Shown one piece after another: positions 51,095 through 62,199 of a DNA stretch of 64,000 nt; the first letter of the stretch is position 1; each line of letters opens with the position of its first letter. Both the position numbers and the translations under genes were made by a program. The DNA lies in assembly GCA_951406725.2 (NCBI GenBank), contig OX597814.1, positions 45,508,001 through 45,572,000 on the forward strand, read 5' to 3'. The stretch comes from Octopus vulgaris. Lineage: Eukaryota. The notes beneath the pieces are model-generated. The model made no database searches, had not been told where the DNA came from, and worked only from the letters and a program-made list of their open reading frames with translations.

Positions 51095-54000
51095 CTGATT
51101 CTAATTTCAGAAATGGACATCAGTATGGGCCCCCATTTTTTTGTACCTAAAAATCAGTAATACATATGTACAGTTAGATGTGCAAACACTATCATAAGAG
51201 TGAGTATTCCAAGTTGATTATCATTATCCAGTCAACTTCTAGTATAGTGCTTAGTCTACCAATGTACTTAGTAGTGTTACTAGTTGTAATACACAGAGCA
51301 TATGTAGAGGAAAATTAAGATAAACACAAGCCTAGGTAGTGTTTATCCATGTTTCAGTGTTGAAGTCAGCAGAGCTCCATTATTTGGGAGCAAGTTATAT
51401 GTTGTGTTTACAGTTAGATGTACAACTAGTACTGTATGAGATAATGATAATCTATGTGGAGCTCTAACTCGTAGTAGTCATGCATCTAACTGTACACACA
51501 AAATATAACTTGCTCCCTAATGGTGAAGCTATACTGACTTTAACACTGAAACATGAATAAACAATAACTAAGCTTGTGTTTATCCTAATTTCCCCCTACA
51601 TATTCTCAGTAATATATATGTTACACTAAGGTGGCGAGCTGGCAGAAACGTTAGTACATTGGGCGAAATACTTAGCAGTATTTCGTCTGTCTTTACGTTC
51701 TGAGTTCAAATTTTGCCAAGGTTGACTTTGCCTTTCATCCTTTTGGGGTTGATAAATTAAGTACCAGTTGCATACTGGGATCAATCTAATCGACTGGCCC
51801 CTCTCCCCCAAAATTTCAGGCCTTGTGCCTAGAGTAGAAAAGAATATATATGTTACACTATAGTATAATGCCACCTCCTCACCAATTTTACTTTTGATGC
51901 CAGTACAATATATAATCAAATGAATCTTTGTTTTCTTTTTACAAAATCATGAACATATGCTTTTATACTTTCAGATGAAAAGAAGTTCAGTTTATTTGGG
52001 ACAAAAGAATACTGAGATGGTGGTTATATTTCTGTTAAAAGACAAAAAAAAATGGAATTACATTATGAAATACAGTGAGAGTTAATGTGCTCATATTGTG
52101 AAGATGTTGGACTGCTAGCTAAAAAACCAGTTTATAGCTTCTCTGTTGCAGTAAGCTGTGACAAGATGTTTCCTCATCTTCAGTGGTTCCAGGGTATCAG
52201 AATGAAGAGGGTAGATGTTACTCCCAGGCATCTGTTTTACCTTTAGGTTTCTATGTTCAGTAAATAACAGAGTAGGTATTGTGATGAAGCATAACACATC
52301 ATTGTAAGCAAGGAGAGCATTTTATTAAGAGCACCAGTGGACACTCAAAAAACCTGAATTCTATCCAAGGGAAGAACACCTTAAGTAATGTAATGAACAA
52401 AACATACAAGCAAAACTAAATTTAAATCACCACCCTACCTTCTTTTATATTAAAAGAACCACCTTAATAAAGTCAAACTATTCTATGGAATCAAATCTTT
52501 ATAGGGAAAGTTACTATTATAAGAAAACCCTTCACTTTACACATTACACACATTATACAATTTGAAGAAAAGAATTTTGAATCATGTATTTCACTCCTTA
52601 CCTTTTTATTATGAATGTGTATATTAGATTTGCCGTTTTTGTTTACTGTGTTTGTAGTCTTATCTACTTCGATATGATGTCCATTCATTTTTGGAGTTGA
52701 GGAAGCAGCTTTATGATAATTATTTACAGTTTCTTTTACTTTTTCCACGATTAAGTTATTTGAAGTTTTATTTTTCCTTTCTCCTTCCTCACTGCATTGG
52801 GCAGAGTCATTGCTGTAAATAGATGTAAATGAAATAAAAAAGATCAGTGTATCATTTTGGAAAATAATAGGTAAGCCTCTCAATGTCAGAGAGATCAAAA
52901 GAGAGGTTCTGCAAGCTGCACACAAGAAACCTGTCTCTGAATATAAACAGATACAGAAGAGAAAGTATCTTAAAGTCTGGCCATAACCAAGTTCTGTACT
53001 GCTGGTGGCATAAAATGCACATTAGTGTTAGAAATAGCATCCAGCTGTAAAAACCATTCCAAATGAGGAAGAAACAAATGAAAGCGACATGAACTCTACA
53101 AGCCATGTGCAAGTAGCCTGTCAAGCAGGATATGGGTTAAGTCATTACTCCAAATAAACTGTAAAATATAACTTCTGTCTTAATTTTGGTGGTGAGACCA
53201 TAGCAAATGGTTGCTCTGAGTAGGCCATCAGTACTATGGAGCTTATACACAAGCAGAAATAAGACTTTCATCAAGTTTTGAGGTGCTTGAAGGTGAAGAC
53301 AGTTTTCTTTCTTGAATTCGATCATGATTGTTTTACTATAGTCCCTGAAAACAACTAGGATCATTGCATAAAAAAATGACTACAAAATAGGAGTAGCATT
53401 CTCTGATGCCTGCATAATAAACAATTACAGTGCTGAGGGAAAGCAAGCATCACCTTCAGAAGAATGTACTGCAAACTGGTTAGTTGATGGAATCTGTCTT
53501 AGCATGAAGACCAGAGTATATAGACAGTTCTAACCATGCTGCAATATAGTAGTGAGACTTGAACATAATACTGCCAACATACGAAAATAGAGAAAAAAAA
53601 AACTAGTTCCATTTAAGATGCTTTGGAAAGTTTGTGCTGTCTCATAGGACTATATTTGAGTTATACAAAATTGAAAAGATCAAAGCTCTCTTCATGAAGG
53701 GTAAGCTCTGGTGAATGAGATGTATTGCTTGAATGGAAGAGCCAAGGAGATCAGCATAAAAGGTATAAGGACATTTTGAAATGCAATCTGAAAGTATGTG
53801 ATGTTTTCATTGACAACTGGAAAAAGCACTTATCCTGTCAGAGAGGCAAAGTACTACGTAGAATTAAGGCAGCTTTGAACACTGCAACATCAATCATCTC
53901 CAGGTCAGGACTAACCCCTTACAAGCTAAAGAATACGTGTGTCTGGTCTGTTAGCATTGATGCTACTTGTGGACAAACATAATCAGCCATTGCAGATAAC

Positions 54001-57000
54001 AAATTTATTAGAAAAAGAAGGATGATCTATTATATCACAAAGGCTCAGCCTATTATCAATAGAAAAATACAATGAGCCTTGAAGACAAATTTACCTAGTG
54101 GAATATGATGAATAAGAGGGGGCTGAGAGCTGATCCTTGGTGGACCCTACCTCTACTTGGAATTCTTCACTGTACTCATTGCCAACCCTCACCTTATTGA
54201 CAGCACCCCTGTACATGGTTTGCACAGCTCTCACTAACCATTCATCTATCCCTAGTTTCCTCATTGCCCACCAGATAAGGGATCAGGGGACCCTGACAAA
54301 GGCTTTCTCAATGGCAATGAAAGCCAGGTAGAGAGGTTTATCTTTGGCTAGGTATTTCTCCTGCAGCTGTCTTACCAGAAATATAGCGTCAGTGGTGCTT
54401 TTCCCTGGCATGAACCCAAACTGCATCTCATCTAGGCTGACTCTCCCCCTAATTAGTTAGGCTATGACCCTCACCATGACCTTCATTAGAGGAAGTAATA
54501 TCCTCGTAAGGGATTGTTAAAAACAATTCAGATGCCAACTGGGTTTAACCAAATATATTGATAGAAAGTTCCTCAATATATAGAAGACAACTGGACGTTT
54601 CTAAGGGACAACCTGCTGAGAGCCACTGACCAGATCTGTGGCTGGTGCAAATTCCCCTCTCGTCCCAAGGTAACGTGGTGGTGGAACAATGTTGTAGACA
54701 GGGCTATTAGAGAAAAGAGACAGGCTTGGAAGGACTGGAAGAATGGTGGTAGCAGGGAATTGTATCAGACTGCCAAATGGGAAGCTAGGAGACAGGTCTA
54801 TCTAGCCAGAGGGGAAGCAGATAAGAAAAAATTTGCCAATGTTCTGCGAGTACAGTGAAGAATTCCGAGTAGAGGTAGGGGTCCACCTAGGTTCAGTCCT
54901 CAGCCCCCTCCTATTTATCATAATCCTCCAGGCAATAACGGAAGAATTCAAGACAGGATGCCCCTGGGAGCTCCTCTATGCTGATGACCTTGCTCTAATT
55001 GCTGAGTCACTATCAGAACTGGAGGAGAAGTTTCAGGTGTGGAAGCAAGGATTAGAATCGAAGGGCCTTAGAGTCAATCTAGCTAAAACCAAAGTCCTAA
55101 TAAGTAGGAAGGTAGACAAATCACAAACGCCTTCAGGTAGATGGCCCTGCTCGATCTGTAGAAAAGGTGTAGGTAGAAACTCTATAAGATGCACCAAGTG
55201 TAAGCTATGGACACATAAGAGGTGCAGCAATGTCAAAGGAAGGCTAACTAGGAAGATAGTTTTTGTATGTGGCAGATGCTCAGGAGTAATAAACACTGAA
55301 AATGCTCTGAGACCAAATTCTGCCACATTCTATGGAGAAAAACTAGAAATAGTTGATAGCTTCCGTTACCTAGGTGACCAAGTCAGTAGCGGGGGCGGGT
55401 GTGCTGAAAGTGTAACTGCTAGAGTAAGAATAGCTTGGGCAAAGTTCAGAGAGCTCTTACCTCTGCTGGTGACAAAAGGCCTCTCACTCAGAGTAAAAGG
55501 CAGACTGTATGATGCGTGTGTACGAACAGCCATGCTACATGGCAGTGAAACATGGGCCGTGACTGCTGAGGATATGCGTAAGCTCGCAAGAAATGAAGCC
55601 AGTATGCTCCGATGGATGTGTAATGTCAGTGTTCATACTCGACAGAGTGTAAGTACCTTGAGAGAAAAGCTGGACTTAAGAAGCATCAGTTGTGGTGTGC
55701 AAGAGAGATGTTTGCGCTGGTATGGTCATGTGGCAAGAATGGATGAAGATAGTTGTGTGAAAAAGTGCCACACCCTAGCGGTTGAGGGAACCCGTGGAAG
55801 AGGCAGACCCAGGAAAACCTGGTGAAGCACGACCTTCGAACTTTAGGTCTCACTGAGGAAAGACTAGAGACCGAGACCTTTGGAAGTATGCTGTGTGTGA
55901 GAAGACCCGGCAGGACAAGAGAGATCATAACCCGTGGCCTCTACATAGGATGTAGCCAGTCCACTTATGCATACCTTTCCTTCTTGGGACACAAAACTCT
56001 ACTTGTGAAGACCTGTTGAGGCAAGTGAGAATTGGAATTGAAATCGATCAACATAAATGGAAATTGCAGCTGTGGCCGGTGGCACGTAAGAGAATCATCT
56101 GAACGTGGTCGTTGCCAGCGCTGCCCCGACTGGCCTCGTGCCGGTGGCATGTAAAAAGCACCATCCGTTCATGGCCATTGCCAGCCTCACCTGGCCCCCG
56201 TGCCAGTGGCACGTAAAAAGCACCATCTGATTGTGGCCGTTTGCCAGCCTCGTCTGGCACCTGTGCAGGTGGCATGTAAAAAGCACCCACTACACTCACG
56301 GAGTGGTTGGAGTTAGGAAGGGCATCCAGCCGTAGAAACATTGCCAGATCAGACTGGGCCTGGTGCAGCATTCTGGCTTCCCAGATCCCAGTTGAACAGT
56401 CCAACCCATGCTAGCATGGAAAGCGGACGCTAAACGATGATGATGATGATATATATATATATATAAAACAGATAGTTTCCAGTAAAAAACACTGAATATA
56501 TATATCACGTAGTCTACCTACCTGTCAACAAGCATGTACAATAAGTAGATAAAACTCTGTGGCAGACAATAGGAGCACAGTATACAAATGAGTGCTCCTA
56601 TGGGTGTAGAATAAACCTATGAGAAATCACCTAAAAGTGCATTTTCCGTCACAAGAGATCCTAAAAATCACCCTGCAAAATCTTTAACAGAATAAAGTGA
56701 CAGAAAATAAGATGTTATTACCTTTTATTCAGTAATCCTTTTAATTTCCGTCGAAGCTTTTTTCTTGCTGACCGTGATAAAGTGTCTTTCTCAAGTCTCA
56801 ATTTGATGTTCTCCACTGTATTCACTGAATTTGTCTCGCTCTTTGATTTAGTTCCATTAACAATATTTGGTGTTTTTTTCTTCTTGGCAATTAACTCTGT
56901 TTTGCTGAGACTATTTGATATAGTATCAGCTTTTTTCTTTCTTTTCTTAGCAGCATTTTCAACTTCTGACAAAACAAATGACAAAGTAACCATTTAAGAT

Positions 57001-60000
57001 TTTCTTTCTAAACAATTGTATATATTTTAATGAGAAATATTCCTTTTCTTTTTTGTGTGTATAAACAAGAAAGAATTTCATGTTAACCAGTAGGAGTATA
57101 TCACGTTCAATTATAAAAGACTAACTTCAACAAAATAATTACTATCATTGTCATTATTATCAGCATGGCATTCAAATCCTTCAGGGAACAACTTTGCTTT
57201 TTATCATTCTACACTTGATAAAATAAATGGATGGCATGAACTGAAAATGATTCAAGAATCTTTACCAATCTCTTCCAGATGTTTGACTTTATACTAATAT
57301 GAGAAAAATCTTATAATTCTGCTTGTCATTCCATTACTTAGCCCATCAGAAACACTTTCACATGATTAGAGGAAAAGAGAGAGAAAGAAGTGTGAGGTAG
57401 AGGGAATGTAATTGTAACACTTTTACATGAAAGAAAAAGAGGATAAGGTGAAAAGTGAGACAGAAAAAGAGGGAGAGAGAAGCATCCAATGTAAAGTAGG
57501 GGAACAATATTTATTACATGATTAAAAAAGTTAGTTGAAGATAGTAATCATATAGAGGAGTAGAGTTAAAAATATAATTTTAGCAGAGGGGTGATGTTAA
57601 AGAAAAGCAGAGAGAGAGGGGGGGAGATGATAGTGGTGGAGATGGCAGTGGTGATTGGATCGTGAAAAGTGTATTTTTTAAAAAATTTAACTAAGTTTTT
57701 TATATCACCTATCACTTAATGCATGCGCATAAATGCAATTCTGTGAAATATTCCTGCTTATTTACATGCAGATATATGCAATTTAACTAAAGGTTATATC
57801 ATATGTATGGGATATTTTTTTGGTTTACTGGAAAAATGAAAAAATAAGAGTGAATACTTATTTTATGAGTGTTGTGTATTAAGTCTATAAAATTTTGCAT
57901 AAAGAATATAAAGTGCATCAAGTAATCATTGTATTTCAGTTTCTTTCATTTTTCAATGAGTAGCAGATGAGTGACTATCTTTCCATACCGACACAACACA
58001 GGCTAAGCTTTCAGGTTTTTTGGATAAAGTTTTCAGAAATAACCCAATAGGCTTATCATTAATTCTGTGAAATAATCACAGATCCTGCAAGTCATTTATT
58101 ATTATTATTATCATTGAAACTATTACATTGTTAGGTTTTTAGATTTACTTGTGCCACATTCCTGATAGCTACTGTTAACTCTTTCCAAAGCTTTGTCATT
58201 TTATTTTTCATATTTTTGATCTGTACAGAGTCAGCTTATTTTCCAGGAAGCTCCCATATCAAAGTCACTTGCAAGTTTGTTTTTTTTTCTCTTTGTTTAG
58301 ATAATTTAATAAATAAAATCAGTCCTCATATTGTATCATCATCATCATCGTTTAACGTCCGCTTTCCATGCTAGCATGGGTTGGACGATTTTGACTGAGG
58401 GCTGGCGAACCAGATGGCTGCACCAGGCTCCAATCTTGATCTGGCAGAGTTTCTAAAGCTGGATGCCCTTCCTAACACCAACCACTCCGAGAGTGTAGTC
58501 GGTGCTTTTTACGTGCCACCAGCATTACAATCAGTCCTCATATTGTCTATGACAGAAGTAACAAGAGATAATTTTCTACTGGAATATGAAGAAGATGCAG
58601 CAATCAGCTAGTGTCAACTATCTCACCAACCAAATAGACTGAATATCTAAAATTGAACAAGAGTTTCTTTATTTTGCAGTATTGTGGGCTAAGAGAAGGC
58701 CATATGAATCTACTCCAGAGTATTTTTCTCTTCAATCGCATGAAAACTTGGTTTTGTTAGTCATGTTTAAATAACTGAAGTGAAGTTGTTATTAAAGAGA
58801 ATATGCAATATGCAATAGTATGATAACTTTTCAATTATTTGTGAAAATCAATGACATTTGATCTTTATAAAATATGTGTTATAAATAATTTTAATGTACA
58901 CTGGCCATGCTGCTAGACCACCAACTGTTAGATCAAAGGTTCTCATTGCAAGCAGTGTGCATTAGCCATGGCCAAGACAATATCACTGGTTCAATAATCC
59001 AACTTTATACGGGTACCATGAGATGCAGTCTGTAAGAGCATAATATAAGACAAGTATTTCACTAGCTTACATTGTTAAATTTATATCGCATAAATCTAGT
59101 TTGGAAGAGATGGCCTTGGATTAAACTACAGGAGGGTAATGGGTTCTGTTGTACACCAACAAGTCAGTGATTTGCAAGAACATCTGTTAACAACTGTTGA
59201 ATAAGAAGATATTGATTATTTATTCGTCGGTGAATGTTAAGAACAACACAACTGACTTTCAAAATGACACTGATGAATTTATCTTAAATCTACTCAGATT
59301 CAATAACTATTTCTAACCATTTAGAATTAACTACCAACCAGGTTGTGACAGGACATTATGAGCCTCCAGCCTGAGAGGTTAACAGAACTTTATCCAGTCA
59401 ATCTGTGTGATACAAAATGATATTACTTACCCTTTTCCTTTTGTTCAAGTTTTCTTTTATGTTTAATTATTTTGTGGGTAAATTTGTCTTCAAGGCTCAT
59501 TGGCACTGCTTCATGGTTTGAAGGACTTTTACCAAACATTTTATTGATACTGCAAATGATGATATTTATTAATGTAAATAATATGAAATATGCAGTAAAT
59601 TCTTCATCAAAGTAAAGGTTTAAACAGCAGATATCAATATTTAAAAACTTAACTCTATTTTGATCGCTGTTTCTGAGTTATTACCATCTACTAAAGCAAT
59701 CGAGATGTTAAAACGTAAAAATGTTCAGCTGAAAGACGAAGAATTCCGAATGTTATTATTCCATTTTCCAAGCGAAGATCGTAAAATTAGATTAAACCTT
59801 TTTCACGTAATCTTCATAACATTATTTCCAGTGTTAAATTTTTAAAAACTGTTTGTTAGATTTACTTCATTGACTTTACTTTCACTTCATAAAAATTAAT
59901 CATTGCTTTAAACGAAAAACAAAAAGTTTGTAAAGAAGAGATATTTTATTTCCACATGGTTATATTTGTTACTTTGTCAACTTGATCACGAGTGATAAGT

Positions 60001-60326
60001 ATGATATGACAAACAGCAAAACAATTATAAACTGCATGTCGATTTTCAATGGAAAATATAAAAAATCATTAGATGAAAATAACAAAAAAATAACATATAT
60101 ATTGAACGTAAAAATCGAAAGTGCGCAAATAAAAAAAGTAATGGAAATCATAGCTCATCGCAACACATGGCAAGATTTTTAGATGATCTTTAACAAATTA
60201 CCTTTCGTAAGTTTTTCTGTTTTCTACATCATCCACTTTCTTGTTTGCTGCAGCTAAAAGTTCGGCTACCCATATGGTAGCAACACTGGGATACGGACGT
60301 CGTACCTCTATACCTGTCGTAGACAT
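47297..60326 (-). CDS. Uncharacterised lysine-rich protein, 286 aa. Exons 60326-60202, 59549-59431, 56965-56722, 52812-52602, 49454-49338, 47341-47297
   Basis: 861-nt spliced ORF, six phase-compatible GT-AG exons: MSTTGIEVRRPYPSVATIWVAELLAAA...KKKKKKRSKQKNLKKDNRPDHLKP...; CpG-retaining 5' region. Confidence 0.78.
48218..48410 (-). mobile_element. SINE family B
   Basis: 16-bp TSD aaattctgcttctata (48202-48217, 48411-48426). Confidence 0.87.
49067..49112 (+). pseudogene. 46-bp fragment of 28S (LSU) rRNA
   Basis: gcgtccggtgcgctctcggcggccctggaaaatccggggag resembles the conserved eukaryotic LSU segment GCGTCCGGTG.GCTCTCG..GGCCCTTGAAAATCCGGGGGAG (recalled); GC/CpG-rich island in an AT-rich intron. 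Confidence 0.75.
49338..49454 (-). CDS. Lys-rich gene exon 5: QNCLQTQTKQEASAVILKKKKKKRSKQKNLKKDNRPDHL
   Basis: ccttttcag| acceptor, |gtaagc donor, 117 nt. Confidence 0.8.
49922..50250 (+). mobile_element. RTE 3' UTR element (~3 units) inserted in (TA)n
   Basis: Same subfamily as 28941-29391. Confidence 0.85.
50676..51060 (+). mobile_element. SINE family A inserted in (TA)n
   Basis: Family similarity; small deletion after the B box. Confidence 0.85.
51290..51611. mobile_element. Foldback/MITE-like element with ~140-bp imperfect inverted arms
   Basis: 51290-51432 vs 51471-51611 in reverse complement, roughly 85% identical by eye. Confidence 0.8.
51629..51842 (+). mobile_element. SINE family B
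   Basis: 18-bp TSD aatatatatgttacacta. Confidence 0.87.
52602..52812 (-). CDS. Lys-rich gene exon 4: NDSAQCSEEGERKNK...NIHIHNKK
   Basis: tttacag| acceptor, |gtaagg donor. Confidence 0.78.
53400..53900 (+). mobile_element. Heavily decayed RTE/BovB-like LINE C-terminal fragment
   Basis: QGDQHKRYKDILKCNLK resembles the G.Q.KRYKD.LK C-terminal motif. Confidence 0.45.
54104..54480 (-). mobile_element. RTE RT fragment
   Basis: Reverse complement of the region homologous to 43595-43965. Confidence 0.85.
54580..56449 (+). mobile_element. RTE LINE with a large internal deletion at ~54848, intact PHD-like finger, 3' UTR and (GAT)n tail
   Basis: TWWWNNVVDRAI...FANVL joined directly to EYSEEFRVEVGVH; 330-aa ORF with YADD. 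Confidence 0.93.
56722..56965 (-). CDS. Lys-rich gene exon 3: VENAAKKRKKK...LSRSARKKLRRKLKGLLNK
   Basis: ttttgtcag| acceptor, |gtaata donor. Confidence 0.82.
58335..58528 (-). mobile_element. Short RTE-tail insertion
   Basis: Perfect 18-bp TSD aatcagtcctcatattgt (58317-58334, 58529-58546). Confidence 0.9.
59431..59549 (-). CDS. Lys-rich gene exon 2: INKMFGKSPSNHEAVPMSLEDKFTHKIIKHKRKLEQKEK
   Basis: tttgcag| acceptor, |gtaagt donor. Confidence 0.82.
60202..60326 (-). CDS. Lys-rich gene exon 1: MSTTGIEVRRPYPSVATIWVAELLAAANKKVDDVENRKTYE
   Basis: aaaATGT start, |gtaatt donor, CpG-rich. Confidence 0.8.
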
Positions 60327-61969
60327 TTTCTCGTCGTTGAATCAAATGTTGTGGGTTTAGTAAAGCGGTGTCATATGTCAAAGTGTTCCCCGTGTTATCC
60401 AAGAGATTTACATTGATTAGTATAGAATTTCTCGCCAGCATTATCTTCTTTACTTTGTTTATTAGCATTTATTTAAGTTCTTTGATAAGGCTCAATTTCT
60501 TTTTTAAAAAGGTTGGGTATACCTAAATAAATACTGGTCTTTTGCTGATTGATTTATTTTGTCTATTGTTTTGACCTAACACCGTAACCAAACCAGACGA
60601 CATGTACTGCGCTTATATTAAGAGAAGTAGTGATGTGTCTTGAATAGCAGAGCCTGTCTTACGATTCCAGCAGGGCCCAGAAGTATAAAACCACTACGCT
60701 ACTGTACAACAATCTTTTAAATACTTTTAAGGCGATTTTTTGTTTTAGATATATATGTATATATCTGTGAAACCTAAGATCGCTGGAAAGTATTTCTTCT
60801 CCCCACAGTGGTGATAGAAAAAAAAGCAATATTTTGTTTTCCCCATCTTTTTAAAAATTACGGCGCGAATCTCCTCCTTATTTACTATTATATTCATAAC
60901 ACGTGTGTTATCATTACACCTTAAAATTGTCTTTTTTAATGTTTCCGATTAAATACTAAATTTTGTTTTCGTTTTGTTTTCCTTTGGGTATTTCAAGTAA
61001 ACAATGATATTTTTTATACATTCCTCATTTTTTGGTTATTATGCCACAATCTTCCACACATTTCCCAATATAATTTATATGACATATACATTCAAATACT
61101 GAGGAAACAAACAAAATATTTTTTTTTAAACTTTAGTTGGAAGGCAATTTTGTTGCATTTAAATTTTTTTTTAGAAAACTGTATAAGCCAATAAGAGAGG
61201 CTACTGTGGTAGCTTGGTCTGCTTGAAACAGTTACCAGATAATCCTCTTGTCATATCCTACTGACTTATGTATGTACATATTTTTGTATACACTAACGTG
61301 GGAGCCTGTACAAGTTATTTCATCCTACTACAAATATCACCCATATCTCCTTTAAACTACACTCTACTGTCTTATGTATGTGTACATTTATGAACCAACA
61401 AATGAGACAACTGCATGGTAGCTAACTAGACCTGGTAAAAAAAAAATAACAGAATTTCCATTAGACCATAGTCTAGATCTTAATCCTTTGGAATGGCACA
61501 AAAGTCACTATCAAATCATCTCAGGAAAATAGGATGGATACAATTGTTTCATTTCCTGGTTAACTGCGAAATCAACTGATTTCACAGCTTGAATTTCTTA
61601 AAAAGCTTCAGTTTCTTGTTATGACCATCTCTAGGGACAATTTTTGAAAGTTGCTAGACTGAACTTGGTAAATAAACAGACCAATTGAAAAACCTGTCTT
61701 TTCACATGATCAGCTTCATTGTGGGACTTCAAGAGTCAGAAACCCTGATGGCCTCTTCAATCATAGTTCCACAGAGCAAAACCAAGAATATTTGTTGCCC
61801 TGAGGCTTTGAAGTGACAAAAAAACTTTTACTGTTACTCCTACTTTAATGGAAATGATTCCTATTTTGTTAGTTTATATACACTACAATCAGTACATTAC
61901 TGCATGGTATTGCTTCCATACAATACCTGAGTAGCACCAGGCACCTCTGCTGGTCCACAGTAAAAGTAT

Positions 61970-62190
61970 TTTTTGCACTGTGTCATTACTTTTGACGAGA
62001 AACAGAAATTGTTTGACAATAGTTAGATGCAGACGAGTCTCCAGAACATTTTCCAAAGCAACTGCTATTCCCAAAAGTTTATGGTGGATGTCTGGTGGTT
62101 TGCGAAAGGTATATTCCACTATTCTTTTTGCAACAAAGGCAATCACTGCAAGCTCACAGTTAAGAAATTGAGCCCTCATATGAAAAACTG
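61970..62190 (+). mobile_element. Mariner transposase remnant
   Basis: Frameshifted pieces FLHCVITFDEK..FDN, LDADESPEHFPK and KFMVDVWWFAKGIFHYSF match the mariner FL.RIVT.DEKW / KKVMV.VWW...GLIHY motifs. Confidence 0.7.
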
Positions 62191-62199
62191 AAAGCAAAA

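Noticed and set aside
52160-52183. Minus-strand CTGAAGA-TGAG-GAAAC-ATCTT-GTC hammerhead-like core
   Set aside because: There is no room for stem II and no stem I complementarity; at most a decayed relic.
58150-58225. Possible extra exon of the lysine-rich gene (cag|...|gtaaat on the minus strand)
   Set aside because: In the required phase it hits TAA after five codons, and exon 2 already joins exon 3 in frame.
59080-59345. Very decayed Penelope-like RT remnant (MGS and IDYLFV fragments)
   Set aside because: It needs several assumed frameshifts; too weak to call without a profile search.
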